Origin: an uncultured Gammaproteobacteria bacterium
GTDB taxonomy: Bacteria > Patescibacteriota > Patescibacteriia > 2-12-FULL-60-25
DNA: 46,867 nt
Direction of reading: 5' to 3'
Assembly (NCBI GenBank): GCA_964640115.1
Contig: CAZXFK010000001.1
Span: 1 to 46,867, forward strand
In this document: positions 25,481 to 33,549 of the stretch, in pieces
Layout of the letters: every line of letters begins with the position of its first letter
Numbering within the stretch: the stretch's first letter is position 1
Position numbers and translations under genes: made by a program
The notes under the pieces: generated by a model
What the model was told of the DNA's origin: nothing
The model's input: only the letters and a program-made list of their open reading frames with translations
Database searches by the model: none

Positions 25481-25626
25481 TTATTCTTTAAATGTTGCAC
25501 CATATTATAACAATTAATATTTTTTTGCAAGTTAGCATCCCAAGAAATCCGGCATTTTCTCAAAAACACTGATAAATACCAAAAAGACATGAACAGTCAT
25601 TGACTTTTTACTCTAAATGTGCTTTA

Positions 25627-26223
25627 ATGATGCGGCAAATCACCCAAGGAGGAACAACGGGTCATCTAAGCAACGAAGATCGTGAGGCTTACAATCGTCT
25701 GCGCAAACAAGAAATACTGCTGGATGTGGACGCTCACCGTTTGAATCTGGCGGATGGTGTCATCTTGGTAGCCTGTTCGGACGGAGATCAACTGCCCGAT
25801 ATTTTCAGCAACATCTCCCACTCATTCGCCGGGCAAAGATCCTCTCCGCGGATTCACACCATCGCTTTAAACGGCGGTGCCCTGCTCCTTCCCGAAGACT
25901 CTCCTTTGGTCACCGCTCATCGCGAGGATGAAGTCTTGCTAGAACACATCAAAGTGGCGCGCGAGTTGAAAAACATTCACACCGTCGCCCTTTACACTCA
26001 CGCTCCTTGCGGAGCCGGCACTTTGGCCGGTCTCACCTTGGAACAAGAGCTGAATCTGCTTTTGGCCGCCAAAGTCAGAATCAAAGAACATCTTCCCGGT
26101 ATCAAAGCCGCCTGTTTCTGCCACATAGACAGAGGCGAAAGCAAACGCACCTATTTCGTATCCCGAAACAAATGGATTTTGCAACACATGTATCCTGATA
26201 ATCCGGATATGTGGCTTCCCTGA
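25627..26223 (+). CDS. Hypothetical GC-rich protein with beta-carbonic-anhydrase-like Cys/His spacing
   Basis: ACSDGD ... THAPCGAG resembles CxDxR...HxxCG, but with Asp in place of Arg and a longer spacer. The start is uncertain because a TTGACT-17-TTTAAT promoter overlaps the first ATG. A terminator follows. Confidence 0.4.
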   Translation: MMRQITQGGTTGHLSNEDREAYNRLRKQEILLDVDAHRLNLADGVILVACSDGDQLPDIFSNISHSFAGQRSSPRIHTIALNGGALLLPEDSPLVTAHREDEVLLEHIKVARELKNIHTVALYTHAPCGAGTLAGLTLEQELNLLLAAKVRIKEHLPGIKAACFCHIDRGESKRTYFVSRNKWILQHMYPDNPDMWLP

Positions 26224-26230
26224 ATTCACC

Positions 26231-26255
26231 ACCCGCAATCTTGTTGCGGGTTTTC
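26231..26255 (+). terminator. Rho-independent terminator
   Basis: ACCCGCAA-TCTTG-TTGCGGGT followed by TTTC. Confidence 0.7.
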
Positions 26256-26293
26256 TTTTTATAAAAATGCATCAATGGTAAAATACCATTAAC

Positions 26294-26869
26294 ATGAAAA
26301 ACATCCTTATCATTCAAGGTCACCCCGACTCTGACAGTTTTTGCGGAAGCTTGGCAAATGCTTATCAAAAAGGTGCCAAACAAGCCAAACACAAAATCCA
26401 GCGCATCAATCTTGGCGATATCAAATTCGATCCCATCCTCCATAAAGGTTACAGCCAAATTCAACCTTTGGAGTCTTGTCTTGTTCAAGCTCAAAAAGAT
26501 ATTCTTTGGGCCGATCATATTGTTTGGATTTTTCCAACTTGGTGGGGATCCTTACCCGCATTATTAAAAGGCTTTATCGATCGCACCATCCTGCCCGGCT
26601 TTGGTTTTAAATATACAGGCCCCAATACTTGGAAAAGTTTTCTTAAAGGCAAATCTTCCCGCATCATAACCACCATGGGAGGCAAAGCGTTTTTATACAA
26701 ACTCATCGGATCCCCCGGAGTCCGCGCCTTAAAATACCCGACTCTGATTTTTTGCGGGATCTCCCCTGTTCGCACCACAATGTTCGGAGGCATCCGCAAA
26801 AACACTCCCATTAAAAAACTGAACAAAATAATCAACAAAGTAAACAAACTCGGTGCAAAAGGAAAATAA
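26294..26869 (+). CDS. Flavodoxin-like-fold NAD(P)H-dependent oxidoreductase (quinone reductase family)
   Basis: ILIIQGHPDSDSFCGSLA...ILWADHIVWIFPTWWGSLPALLKGFIDR matches the Flavodoxin_2 / MdaB-KefF-like pattern. Confidence 0.8.
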   Translation: MKNILIIQGHPDSDSFCGSLANAYQKGAKQAKHKIQRINLGDIKFDPILHKGYSQIQPLESCLVQAQKDILWADHIVWIFPTWWGSLPALLKGFIDRTILPGFGFKYTGPNTWKSFLKGKSSRIITTMGGKAFLYKLIGSPGVRALKYPTLIFCGISPVRTTMFGGIRKNTPIKKLNKIINKVNKLGAKGK

Positions 26870-27002
26870 CCGGCTATAATCACTTTAAACTTCATTCTTT
26901 CCAAACTGTCTACCCGAAAACGAGCCAAGCGAGGTCTTCAGGGTTATCGACTAAATAAATTTTGCAAAATTCTCATCCACGAAAGTCAACAAAGTTAATT
27001 TA

Positions 27003-27031
27003 AGCACGGATAAACACGAGGTTTATCCCTA
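27003..27031. repeat. Hairpin element GCACGGATAAACAC-GAG-GTTTATCCCTAC (copy B)
   Basis: 8-bp stem GGATAAAC/GTTTATCC. Same arms as the element at 1981-2046. Confidence 0.7.
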
Positions 27032-27085
27032 CGAGTCATTTTAAGTGCATCTCTGTCAGCTGCAACTGCAACGTAGAAAGATGAT

Positions 27086-27162
27086 GGATTGGGATTAAGC
27101 TGGTGACTGGTGGCTGGTGGCTGGTGGCTGGTGGCTGGTAGCTGGTAGCTCGTAGCTAGTGG
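27086..27162 (+). repeat. Heptamer tandem array, family A, 11 units
   Basis: ggattgg gattaag ctggtga ctggtgg x4 ctggtag x2 ctcgtag ctagtgg, followed by cttaaaaattt and the polX ATG. Confidence 0.92.
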
Positions 27163-27173
27163 CTTAAAAATTT

Positions 27174-28901
27174 ATGAAACCAAGTAATGAATTATCGAAA
27201 ATTCTGTTGGAATTTTCCATCTATCACTCTATCAAAGGTGATGCTTTTAAGCCTCGGGCTTATGAACTGGCCTCCGAATCGGTTGCCGGCCTTGGAGATG
27301 ATATAAAACAAACTTGGCAAACCGGTGGAATCAAAGCTTTAACGGCTTTGCCGGGCATCGGCGAAAGTATTGCCGAAAAAATTGATGAGTTTTACCGCAC
27401 CGGAAAAATCAAGGCTTATCAAAAGATAAAAAAAGAAATTCCGGTCAACATGTACGAGCTTTCGCAAATCGAAGGACTTGGACCAAAACACATTGCCGAA
27501 CTTTGGAAATTTTTAAAAATCAAAAACATCAATGACCTCAAAAAAGCTTTGCAATCCGGAAAACTGAAAAATTTACCGGGCTGGGGCGCGAAAAGCGAAC
27601 AAAAAATTTCCCGTCGTCTCAATCTCTACGAGCAAGAATCCAATCGCATGCTGCTGGGAGACATTCTGCCGATAGCCGACGAAATCGTAGACTGTATTTC
27701 GCGCATCAAAGGTGTTAAACGCTGTTCATACGCCGGCTCGATTCGCCGCCGTCAAGAAACCTGCGGAGACATCGACATCATCGCCACTGCTGATAACCCG
27801 AAAAAAATAATCAACGCTTTTTGCGCACTCCCGCAAATCAAATCCGTACACGAACAAGGCGCAACCAAAGCCTCGGTCAGACTCAAAATCGGCATCGACG
27901 CCGATATTCGCGTTGTACAAGACCAAGTCTACGGCGCGGCTTTGCAATATTTTACCGGCGACAAGCGCCACAACGTTCTCCTTCGTCAGTATGCCCAAAA
28001 AAAAGGATTTACTCTTAACGAATATGGACTTTTTAAGAATAAAAACCGCGAACCGATCGCATGCAAAACGGAAGATGCTATTTACAAAAAACTCGGCATG
28101 CAAACTCCCCCGCCCGAACTCCGCGTCGGCGGAGACGAGATGGAAACCGCGCGAAAACATAAATTACCCAAATTGATCGATTACGGATCCGTTCAAGGCG
28201 ATCTTCAAGTACAATCCGATTGGTCCGACGGCAACACTTCCATCGCACAACTCGCCAAATCAGCCAAAGCTCTCGGCTTAAAATACATTGCCATAACCGA
28301 TCACACCAAATCACTCACAATCGCCAATGGCTTGGATGAAAAACGCTTGATGCAACAAGCACGTGAAATCGACAAGTTAAATAAAAAACTTCACGGTTTT
28401 AAAATCTTAAAAGGAACCGAATGCGATATACTGAAAGACGGAAAACTCGATCTCTCGGATACGTCTTTATCAAAATTGGATTTTGTCGGCATTTCAATCC
28501 ACTCTCATTTCAACCTCTCCGAAAAAGATCAAACCGCGCGCGTAATCAAAGCCATGAGCAACCCCCATGTCCACTGCCTCTTCCACCCAACCTGCAGACT
28601 CATCGGTAAACGCGAAGCCATTAAACTCAACATGGACGCCATAATCTCGGCCGCCAAAAAATATCACGTTCTCCTCGAAATCAACTCCATGCCCAACCGT
28701 ATGGACTTAAACGACCACTGGACCAAGTCCGCCATCGCTTCCGGAGTCAAACTGGTAATCAACACGGATGCCCACTCCCCCGAACATTTTTATCTTTTAC
28801 ATCTCGGCGAATCAATCGCCCGTCGAGGCTGGGCGAAACAAAATGATATTTTGAATACAAAATCAGCTAAACAGTTGTTAAGTTGGTTAAATAAAAAATG
28901 A
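27174..28901 (+). CDS. polX: Family X DNA polymerase with C-terminal PHP domain (PolX)
   Basis: HhH motifs (LPGIGESIAEKI, IEGLGPKH), the pol-beta-like palm GSIRRRQETCGDIDII, and PHP motifs ITDHT and HSH. Confidence 0.9.
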   Translation: MKPSNELSKILLEFSIYHSIKGDAFKPRAYELASESVAGLGDDIKQTWQTGGIKALTALPGIGESIAEKIDEFYRTGKIKAYQKIKKEIPVNMYELSQIEGLGPKHIAELWKFLKIKNINDLKKALQSGKLKNLPGWGAKSEQKISRRLNLYEQESNRMLLGDILPIADEIVDCISRIKGVKRCSYAGSIRRRQETCGDIDIIATADNPKKIINAFCALPQIKSVHEQGATKASVRLKIGIDADIRVVQDQVYGAALQYFTGDKRHNVLLRQYAQKKGFTLNEYGLFKNKNREPIACKTEDAIYKKLGMQTPPPELRVGGDEMETARKHKLPKLIDYGSVQGDLQVQSDWSDGNTSIAQLAKSAKALGLKYIAITDHTKSLTIANGLDEKRLMQQAREIDKLNKKLHGFKILKGTECDILKDGKLDLSDTSLSKLDFVGISIHSHFNLSEKDQTARVIKAMSNPHVHCLFHPTCRLIGKREAIKLNMDAIISAAKKYHVLLEINSMPNRMDLNDHWTKSAIASGVKLVINTDAHSPEHFYLLHLGESIARRGWAKQNDILNTKSAKQLLSWLNKK

Positions 28902-28923
28902 AGGAAAATCCTTCATTAACGAG

Positions 28924-30537
28924 TCACTTTTTTTCTTTATTTTGAATTTCATTCAAAACCGCATTCCAGCGATTATTGATGTATTCGGCGGCCGCATCGT
29001 TCCCGGCCCAACCAATGCTCGTGATAAGCCGAACATCACTATCGGCACCACTGTCTTCCCAAGCGGAGGGAACGTATCTGACACCGAATGTTGCAGTCAT
29101 ATCGTTGAAAAGAGCCAGCGAGCCGCCAAAACCACCCGAAAAACGCAAATGATCTATTGTATCATTAAACTCCGGTCTGTCGCCAAAAGCTACAGTCCCC
29201 GAGCCATCTGCAAAGACAGAGTAGATGCTGGCACCGTAGGAAAACTGCGACCCTAACTCAATAGGAAAGTACTTATTACCGGAAACGTATCTACCATTTA
29301 GTAAATACGCATTCGAATATGCGGAAATCGACGCACCTCTACCAAGCAAAAACTCAAATACGTAAGATGGCCGTAGCAGCACACCATTTGCGGTCGCAAA
29401 ATTAAGTGATGTTGCATACCTAGCTTGATTCAAACAAGTATCACGTAAGTCGATGAAATCAACCTCGGCTTTATTTGCATCGTTTGATGATTTCGTTTGC
29501 GTAGTAGCGAGTGCATCTTTAATACACTTACTCATGCCAGCATCTAAGGTTGGATCCAATTCATTTGCAAGATCCCAACCGATGGCTATTGCCTTATTCG
29601 TATCAGATCCTTCTTGATTCCATTTTGGACCTTGAGCCGCGCCAAAAGAAAACCAAAGCGCCCGCCAAAAATTCAATCCGCCTTCAATTGCCAGAATTGG
29701 TTGCTTCTTTCCTTGCGCCTTCTTCCAATCATCTTGCAAAGAAAGAAAATATGGCTTAATCCTGCCACCCACCGAAGCGTAAGCTGTACCACCATCCATC
29801 ACAATCGGCATTTGCAAACTCGTCATGCGAGTATCGCTTGGCCTGATGGCATTGGTAAGCCCGGCTGACAACATCGGTTCAGTTGGCACTTGCGGGGGAA
29901 CCGGAGGGTCAACTTTTGTTGGTGGTGTTCTGTCATCACCCGTGGGAGGTGGCGGTGGAGGCGGAGTGCAAGGCTGAGACGCGGTAGTTGTATGGGGTGG
30001 AGGTGGCACGGTGATACCGGGGCATTGCCCGGTTTGGCAACAATTGCATTGCAATTGCCCCTGCATATTCAATGTTATGTTGGCCGGTAATGGTACATCA
30101 AACCTCATAACACCGCACTCAACCAACCCCTCGCTTAGTGATGCCGCATACAAAGGAATCAGTCGCTCTGGCGTAAAACACAATTTAGGATCAATCAAAA
30201 TTTCATTCTGTTGGCCATCAATACCGGTTACAACAGACCTGAAGTTTTTTCCATAACACGACCTGGGATTACTACTGGTTCCATGATTTTGATGTTCAAC
30301 CACTTTCTGCGAATATTCTCGCACCTTTCGCAAAATCAGCCTATCCAAATCTTCTTTGGATTTTGGATGTTCAACCGCGTTACATTTTTCTCTGAGCTGT
30401 GCAGCCATCACATTTGCATATATATAGGCATTACTGCAACAATTTGCAGGCCTACCATCTTGTGCTTTAGCATCAATGACAAGCAAAGAAACTGCCGCAA
30501 AAACGATCATCATTTGTGTATTTATGTACTTTTTCAT
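28924..30537 (-). CDS. Secreted hypothetical protein: signal peptide, Cys-rich domain, poly-Pro linker, beta-rich C-terminal domain (GC-rich)
   Basis: MKKYINTQMMIVFAAVSLLVIDAKA looks like a signal peptide. PPPPHTTTASQPCTPPPPPPPTGDDRTPPTKVDPPVPPQVP is the linker. The C-terminal half has alternating hydrophobic and aromatic residues. Confidence 0.55.
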   Translation of the reverse strand: MKKYINTQMMIVFAAVSLLVIDAKAQDGRPANCCSNAYIYANVMAAQLREKCNAVEHPKSKEDLDRLILRKVREYSQKVVEHQNHGTSSNPRSCYGKNFRSVVTGIDGQQNEILIDPKLCFTPERLIPLYAASLSEGLVECGVMRFDVPLPANITLNMQGQLQCNCCQTGQCPGITVPPPPHTTTASQPCTPPPPPPPTGDDRTPPTKVDPPVPPQVPTEPMLSAGLTNAIRPSDTRMTSLQMPIVMDGGTAYASVGGRIKPYFLSLQDDWKKAQGKKQPILAIEGGLNFWRALWFSFGAAQGPKWNQEGSDTNKAIAIGWDLANELDPTLDAGMSKCIKDALATTQTKSSNDANKAEVDFIDLRDTCLNQARYATSLNFATANGVLLRPSYVFEFLLGRGASISAYSNAYLLNGRYVSGNKYFPIELGSQFSYGASIYSVFADGSGTVAFGDRPEFNDTIDHLRFSGGFGGSLALFNDMTATFGVRYVPSAWEDSGADSDVRLITSIGWAGNDAAAEYINNRWNAVLNEIQNKEKK

Positions 30538-30629
30538 ACCGGTTTCCCTTTCCAATGTGAATGTACCGCATATTTAATATACCCTTTCTTGTTCTATGTC
30601 AATACCAAAAACTTAACAATTAATAGTAT

Positions 30630-30658
30630 TTGACATCTATTTAGAGTAGTGTTAAACC
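30630..30658 (+). promoter_or_regulatory. Sigma70-like promoter (TTGACA-17-TAAACC)
   Basis: Consensus -35 about 60 nt upstream of the GGGGAG Shine-Dalgarno sequence and ATG at 30693. The -10 box is weak. Confidence 0.4.
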
Positions 30659-30692
30659 ATATTCATGCTCATTTCACACGGGGAGAAGTAAC

Positions 30693-31208
30693 ATGCCCGT
30701 CAAGGCATCGGATTTGTTGAAATACATACAAATCAGCGGTTACATGCACTCTTTCGAACCAAAACTGTTACGAAACGCAACCCGCTTATGGGATAATACC
30801 ACTCCGTACATCGTTCATCCGCTGTGGTGTGCCGTTACGATCGCATTCGAACAACGTCTAACTTCCGAAGTGCGAGCTCGCGGCATATTAATTTTACTGT
30901 TTCACGATATCTTGGAAGATACGTGCGGTGAAATTCCGCAAGATTTGCCTACTGAAGTCAAAGAAGGTATTAGGCGCATGACCTTCTATACAAGCAAAGT
31001 CGAACGAACCCGCATTTGGAGTCTTCCTCCCGAAATCAGATTGTTCAAATTGTACGACAAAACCTGCAATCTGTTGGATGCAATCGAAACAGACCCCGAA
31101 AAAATCAAAAAAAACAACGAGCTCGTCGTCGAGCTGATCGCTGATGTGGAGAAAAATTACGGCACTCTGAACATAACCAAAATCGCCCGTTCGCTGGTTA
31201 AATCATGA
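30693..31208 (+). CDS. HD-domain protein, RelA/SpoT-type (p)ppGpp hydrolase-like (small alarmone hydrolase)
   Basis: HPLWCAV...ILILLFHDILEDT...LFKLYDKTCNLLD parallels the H...HD..EDT...KLADRLHN hydrolase motifs. 171 aa with no synthetase domain. Confidence 0.65.
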   Translation: MPVKASDLLKYIQISGYMHSFEPKLLRNATRLWDNTTPYIVHPLWCAVTIAFEQRLTSEVRARGILILLFHDILEDTCGEIPQDLPTEVKEGIRRMTFYTSKVERTRIWSLPPEIRLFKLYDKTCNLLDAIETDPEKIKKNNELVVELIADVEKNYGTLNITKIARSLVKS

Positions 31209-31230
31209 TTATTTCATGATTCCATATCGC

Positions 31231-31253
31231 ACGCCTGACTCAAGGCGTTTTTC
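31231..31253 (+). terminator. Rho-independent terminator
   Basis: ACGCCT-GACTCA-AGGCGT followed by TTTTC. Confidence 0.65.
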
Positions 31254-31270
31254 TTTTTGATTTGCAAAAC

Positions 31271-31299
31271 AAAAAAACCTCCTTATTGATACGAGGAGG
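31271..31299 (-). terminator. Rho-independent terminator after tRNA-Lys
   Basis: On the minus strand: CCTCCT-CGTATCAATA-AGGAGG followed by TTTTTTT. Confidence 0.7.
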
Positions 31300-31300
31300 C

Positions 31301-31377
31301 TGGTGCACCAGCCGGGAATCGAACCCGGAACCTTGGGCTTAAGAGGCCCCTGCTCTAACCAATTGAGCTACTGATGC
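31301..31377 (-). tRNA. tRNA-Lys (anticodon CTT)
   Basis: The reverse complement reads GCATCAGTAGCTCAATTGGTTAGAGCAGGGGCCTCTTAAGCCCAAGGTTCCGGGTTCGATTCCCGGCTGGTGCACCA. It forms a full cloverleaf with CCA encoded. Confidence 0.9.
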
Positions 31378-31459
31378 TTAACGTAATTTTGTGGGTATAT
31401 TATGCAAAGATTCTCTTTTAGTCAAGCTATTTAAAAACTCGAATCGGTAGCGATTCGAG

Positions 31460-32146
31460 TCAACGAAGTATGAAGGCGCCTATTGAACAAATGTTCTCGC
31501 CTTGGTTGTTGGCCACAGCCCTGACCAAAACCGCTTTTCCGGGCAGATAAGCAACCGCAAACACGCGATCGCTTTGATCATCAGCCGGCATTTGTGTATT
31601 GGTACGCGCATACATGAGTTTGTCCATGGATTGTGACGCAAAGGGTATGTTTTTCTTGGCGTATTTCAATCCGCGATATTCGGCCAAAGCCAAAAGGTAC
31701 AATATTTGCACCAAGTTTGGCACCGTTAACACTTGGCGATAAAAACCGCTTTGCTTAACGTGTTCGCGATGCTCTTGCTCGTTTGCATAACACCGTTCCG
31801 CGGCCGATACTATCCAAGCATCTTTGCCCGCCTGAAGTCCCATTAGTACGTCTTCCGTTAAATCCGGACAATCAAACAATATGCTCCGTGAAACAAAAAA
31901 AGGATACAAGTGATGCATAACATTGACTGACTTTGGACACCAATCCAACCGTCTTTTGCCAGCATTGATTTGCGTCAGCAAATCCAATGATTCGGGCACC
32001 GTAACCGGCTTGGGCATGCTGTAAGGTATATTCCACTCCGCAAAAAACGGTTGGTATACCTGCTGCCACCTGAAACCGTAATTCGCGATAAATGCTTCGG
32101 AAGTGATCTGTACGGGCGTGCAATCCTCGGCAGCGTCCATTCTCAT
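31460..32146 (-). CDS. Hypothetical GC-rich protein (228 aa)
   Basis: The start is placed at the ATG preceded by GGAGG. The longer ORF to 32434 would overlap the divergent gene at 32240. No family recognised. Confidence 0.5.
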   Translation of the reverse strand: MRMDAAEDCTPVQITSEAFIANYGFRWQQVYQPFFAEWNIPYSMPKPVTVPESLDLLTQINAGKRRLDWCPKSVNVMHHLYPFFVSRSILFDCPDLTEDVLMGLQAGKDAWIVSAAERCYANEQEHREHVKQSGFYRQVLTVPNLVQILYLLALAEYRGLKYAKKNIPFASQSMDKLMYARTNTQMPADDQSDRVFAVAYLPGKAVLVRAVANNQGENICSIGAFILR

Positions 32147-32239
32147 GCTTAGGCCTCCATTTAATGTGCTGAATATATTATAGCACAACCGCACGCATGA
32201 TTCGCCATAATCCACTGACAGTGATATTATCCAAAAAAT

Positions 32240-33163
32240 ATGAAAACCATCATCTCCTGCGCCATAACCGGAGCCATCCACACACCCAGCCTTTCTCCTT
32301 ACCTCCCGGTAACTCCGGCAGAGATCGCAGAACAAAGTATAGATGCGGCAAACTCCGGCGCCGCCATCATCCATCTGCACGCAAGACAGCCTGAAGACGG
32401 CAAACCGACCAATAATCCGGATATTTTCCGTCAATTTTTATCAAAAATAAATTCCGCAAGTGATGCAATCTTAAACATCTCCACGGGCGTGGCCCTTGGT
32501 ATGACTCTTGACGAACGCTTGGCGGCCGTCAAAGAATTCCAACCCGAGCTCTGCTCGCTAAACATGGGCTCTATCAACTTCAACGTCTCACGCGCGGCTA
32601 AAGCCGATGTAAACTGGAAATACGATTGGGAAAAACAATTCCTGCAACAATCCGAAGATATTGTCTTCCGCAATACTTTCAAAGATATCGAGTACATAAT
32701 CAAAACAGTAAACGAATACGGCACAAAATTTGAATACGAATGCTACGATGTAGGGCACCTCTACAACCTCGCCCACTTTGCCGAACGCGGACTTATCAAA
32801 CCCCCATTCTTCATCCAATTCATCTTCGGTGTCATGGGCGGTATCGGCGCCGATGAACAAGCTTTCGCCATCATGAAACAAACCGCCGACAAACTCTTCG
32901 GCAATAACTACTTTTTCTCGGTCTTAGGCGCAGGCCGTCACCAATTCCCAATCGCCGAACTCTCCCTCAAATCGGGTGGCAACGTCCGAGTCGGCCTCGA
33001 AGACAATCTCTACCTCGATAAAGGCGTTCTCGCCAAAAATAATGCCGAGCAAGTCGAGAAAATAAAAAAGATGGCAATAGATCTTGGACGCGAGATAGCG
33101 ACTCCAAATGAGGCAAGGGAAATGTTGGGGCTGAAAGGGAAAAGTGAAACGAAACTTCCATAA
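32240..33163 (+). CDS. BKACE-family (3-keto-5-aminohexanoate cleavage enzyme-like, DUF849) protein
   Basis: IISCAITGAIHTPSLSPYLPVTPAEIAEQSIDAANSGAAIIHLHAR is the characteristic BKACE N-terminus. TIM-barrel length of 307 aa. Confidence 0.82.
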   Translation: MKTIISCAITGAIHTPSLSPYLPVTPAEIAEQSIDAANSGAAIIHLHARQPEDGKPTNNPDIFRQFLSKINSASDAILNISTGVALGMTLDERLAAVKEFQPELCSLNMGSINFNVSRAAKADVNWKYDWEKQFLQQSEDIVFRNTFKDIEYIIKTVNEYGTKFEYECYDVGHLYNLAHFAERGLIKPPFFIQFIFGVMGGIGADEQAFAIMKQTADKLFGNNYFFSVLGAGRHQFPIAELSLKSGGNVRVGLEDNLYLDKGVLAKNNAEQVEKIKKMAIDLGREIATPNEAREMLGLKGKSETKLP

Positions 33164-33274
33164 ATCTCCTAACCCTCAAAGCCTCATAGCTTCTGCGAAG
33201 TGGGTTAGCAAAGTTGATCGGCGAAGTGGATTAGCTTTATTATTTATTATTTATTATTTGTTGCTTTATTATTT

Positions 33275-33298
33275 TAAAATCGCCCTAAAGCGATTTTA
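33275..33298. terminator. Hairpin between the BKACE gene and tRNA-Arg (weak terminator)
   Basis: AAAATCGC-CCTAAA-GCGATTTT. The T-run is part of the stem, so its function is uncertain. Confidence 0.35.
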
Positions 33299-33300
33299 CC

Positions 33301-33377
33301 TGGTGCACCTCAGACGATTCGAACGTCTGACCTCTTCCTTCGGAGGGAAGCGCTCTATCCAGCTGAGCTAGAGGTGC
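33301..33377 (-). tRNA. tRNA-Arg (anticodon CCG)
   Basis: The reverse complement reads GCACCTCTAGCTCAGCTGGATAGAGCGCTTCCCTCCGAAGGAAGAGGTCAGACGTTCGAATCGTCTGAGGTGCACCA. It forms a full cloverleaf with CCA encoded. Confidence 0.9.
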
Positions 33378-33409
33378 TTGATCGAATAAATGTGATTTCG
33401 AGTTTTTTT

Positions 33410-33476
33410 GTCGATTCGAACATCTGGCCTGTCCGATGGACATCGGACCGCTCTATCCGGGCTGAGCTATGGGTAC
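33410..33476 (-). pseudogene. Truncated tRNA-like fragment (5' two-thirds, related to the adjacent tRNA-Arg)
   Basis: The reverse complement reads GTACCCATAGCTCAGCCCGGATAGAGCGGTCCGATGTCCATCGGACAGGCCAGATGTTCGAATCGAC. The D-arm and T-loop are recognisable. There is no 3' acceptor strand, the T-stem does not pair, and the anticodon arm is replaced by a 7-bp stem with a 4-nt loop. Confidence 0.4.
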
Positions 33477-33549
33477 GTGCGCAAACAACTATGCGCGATT
33501 TTTGCGGATTGGTCAACAACCGAATATGACTGCGGTAAATATAACCGAT

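Noticed and set aside
27086-27162. The tandem arrays (here and at 1432, 2053, 14295, 39417 and elsewhere) considered as CRISPR arrays.
   Set aside because: The units are 7-9 bp and contiguous, with no unique spacers, no 25-40-bp repeats and no cas genes. They are simple degenerate tandem repeats.
32147-32434. N-terminal 96-aa extension of the ORF at 31460-32434.
   Set aside because: It would overlap the divergent BKACE gene by about 195 nt. An internal ATG at 32146 is preceded by GGAGG at proper spacing.
33410-33476. A functional second tRNA next to tRNA-Arg.
   Set aside because: There is no 3' acceptor strand complementary to GTACCCA, the T-stem does not pair, and the anticodon arm is non-canonical. 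It is recorded as a fragment instead.
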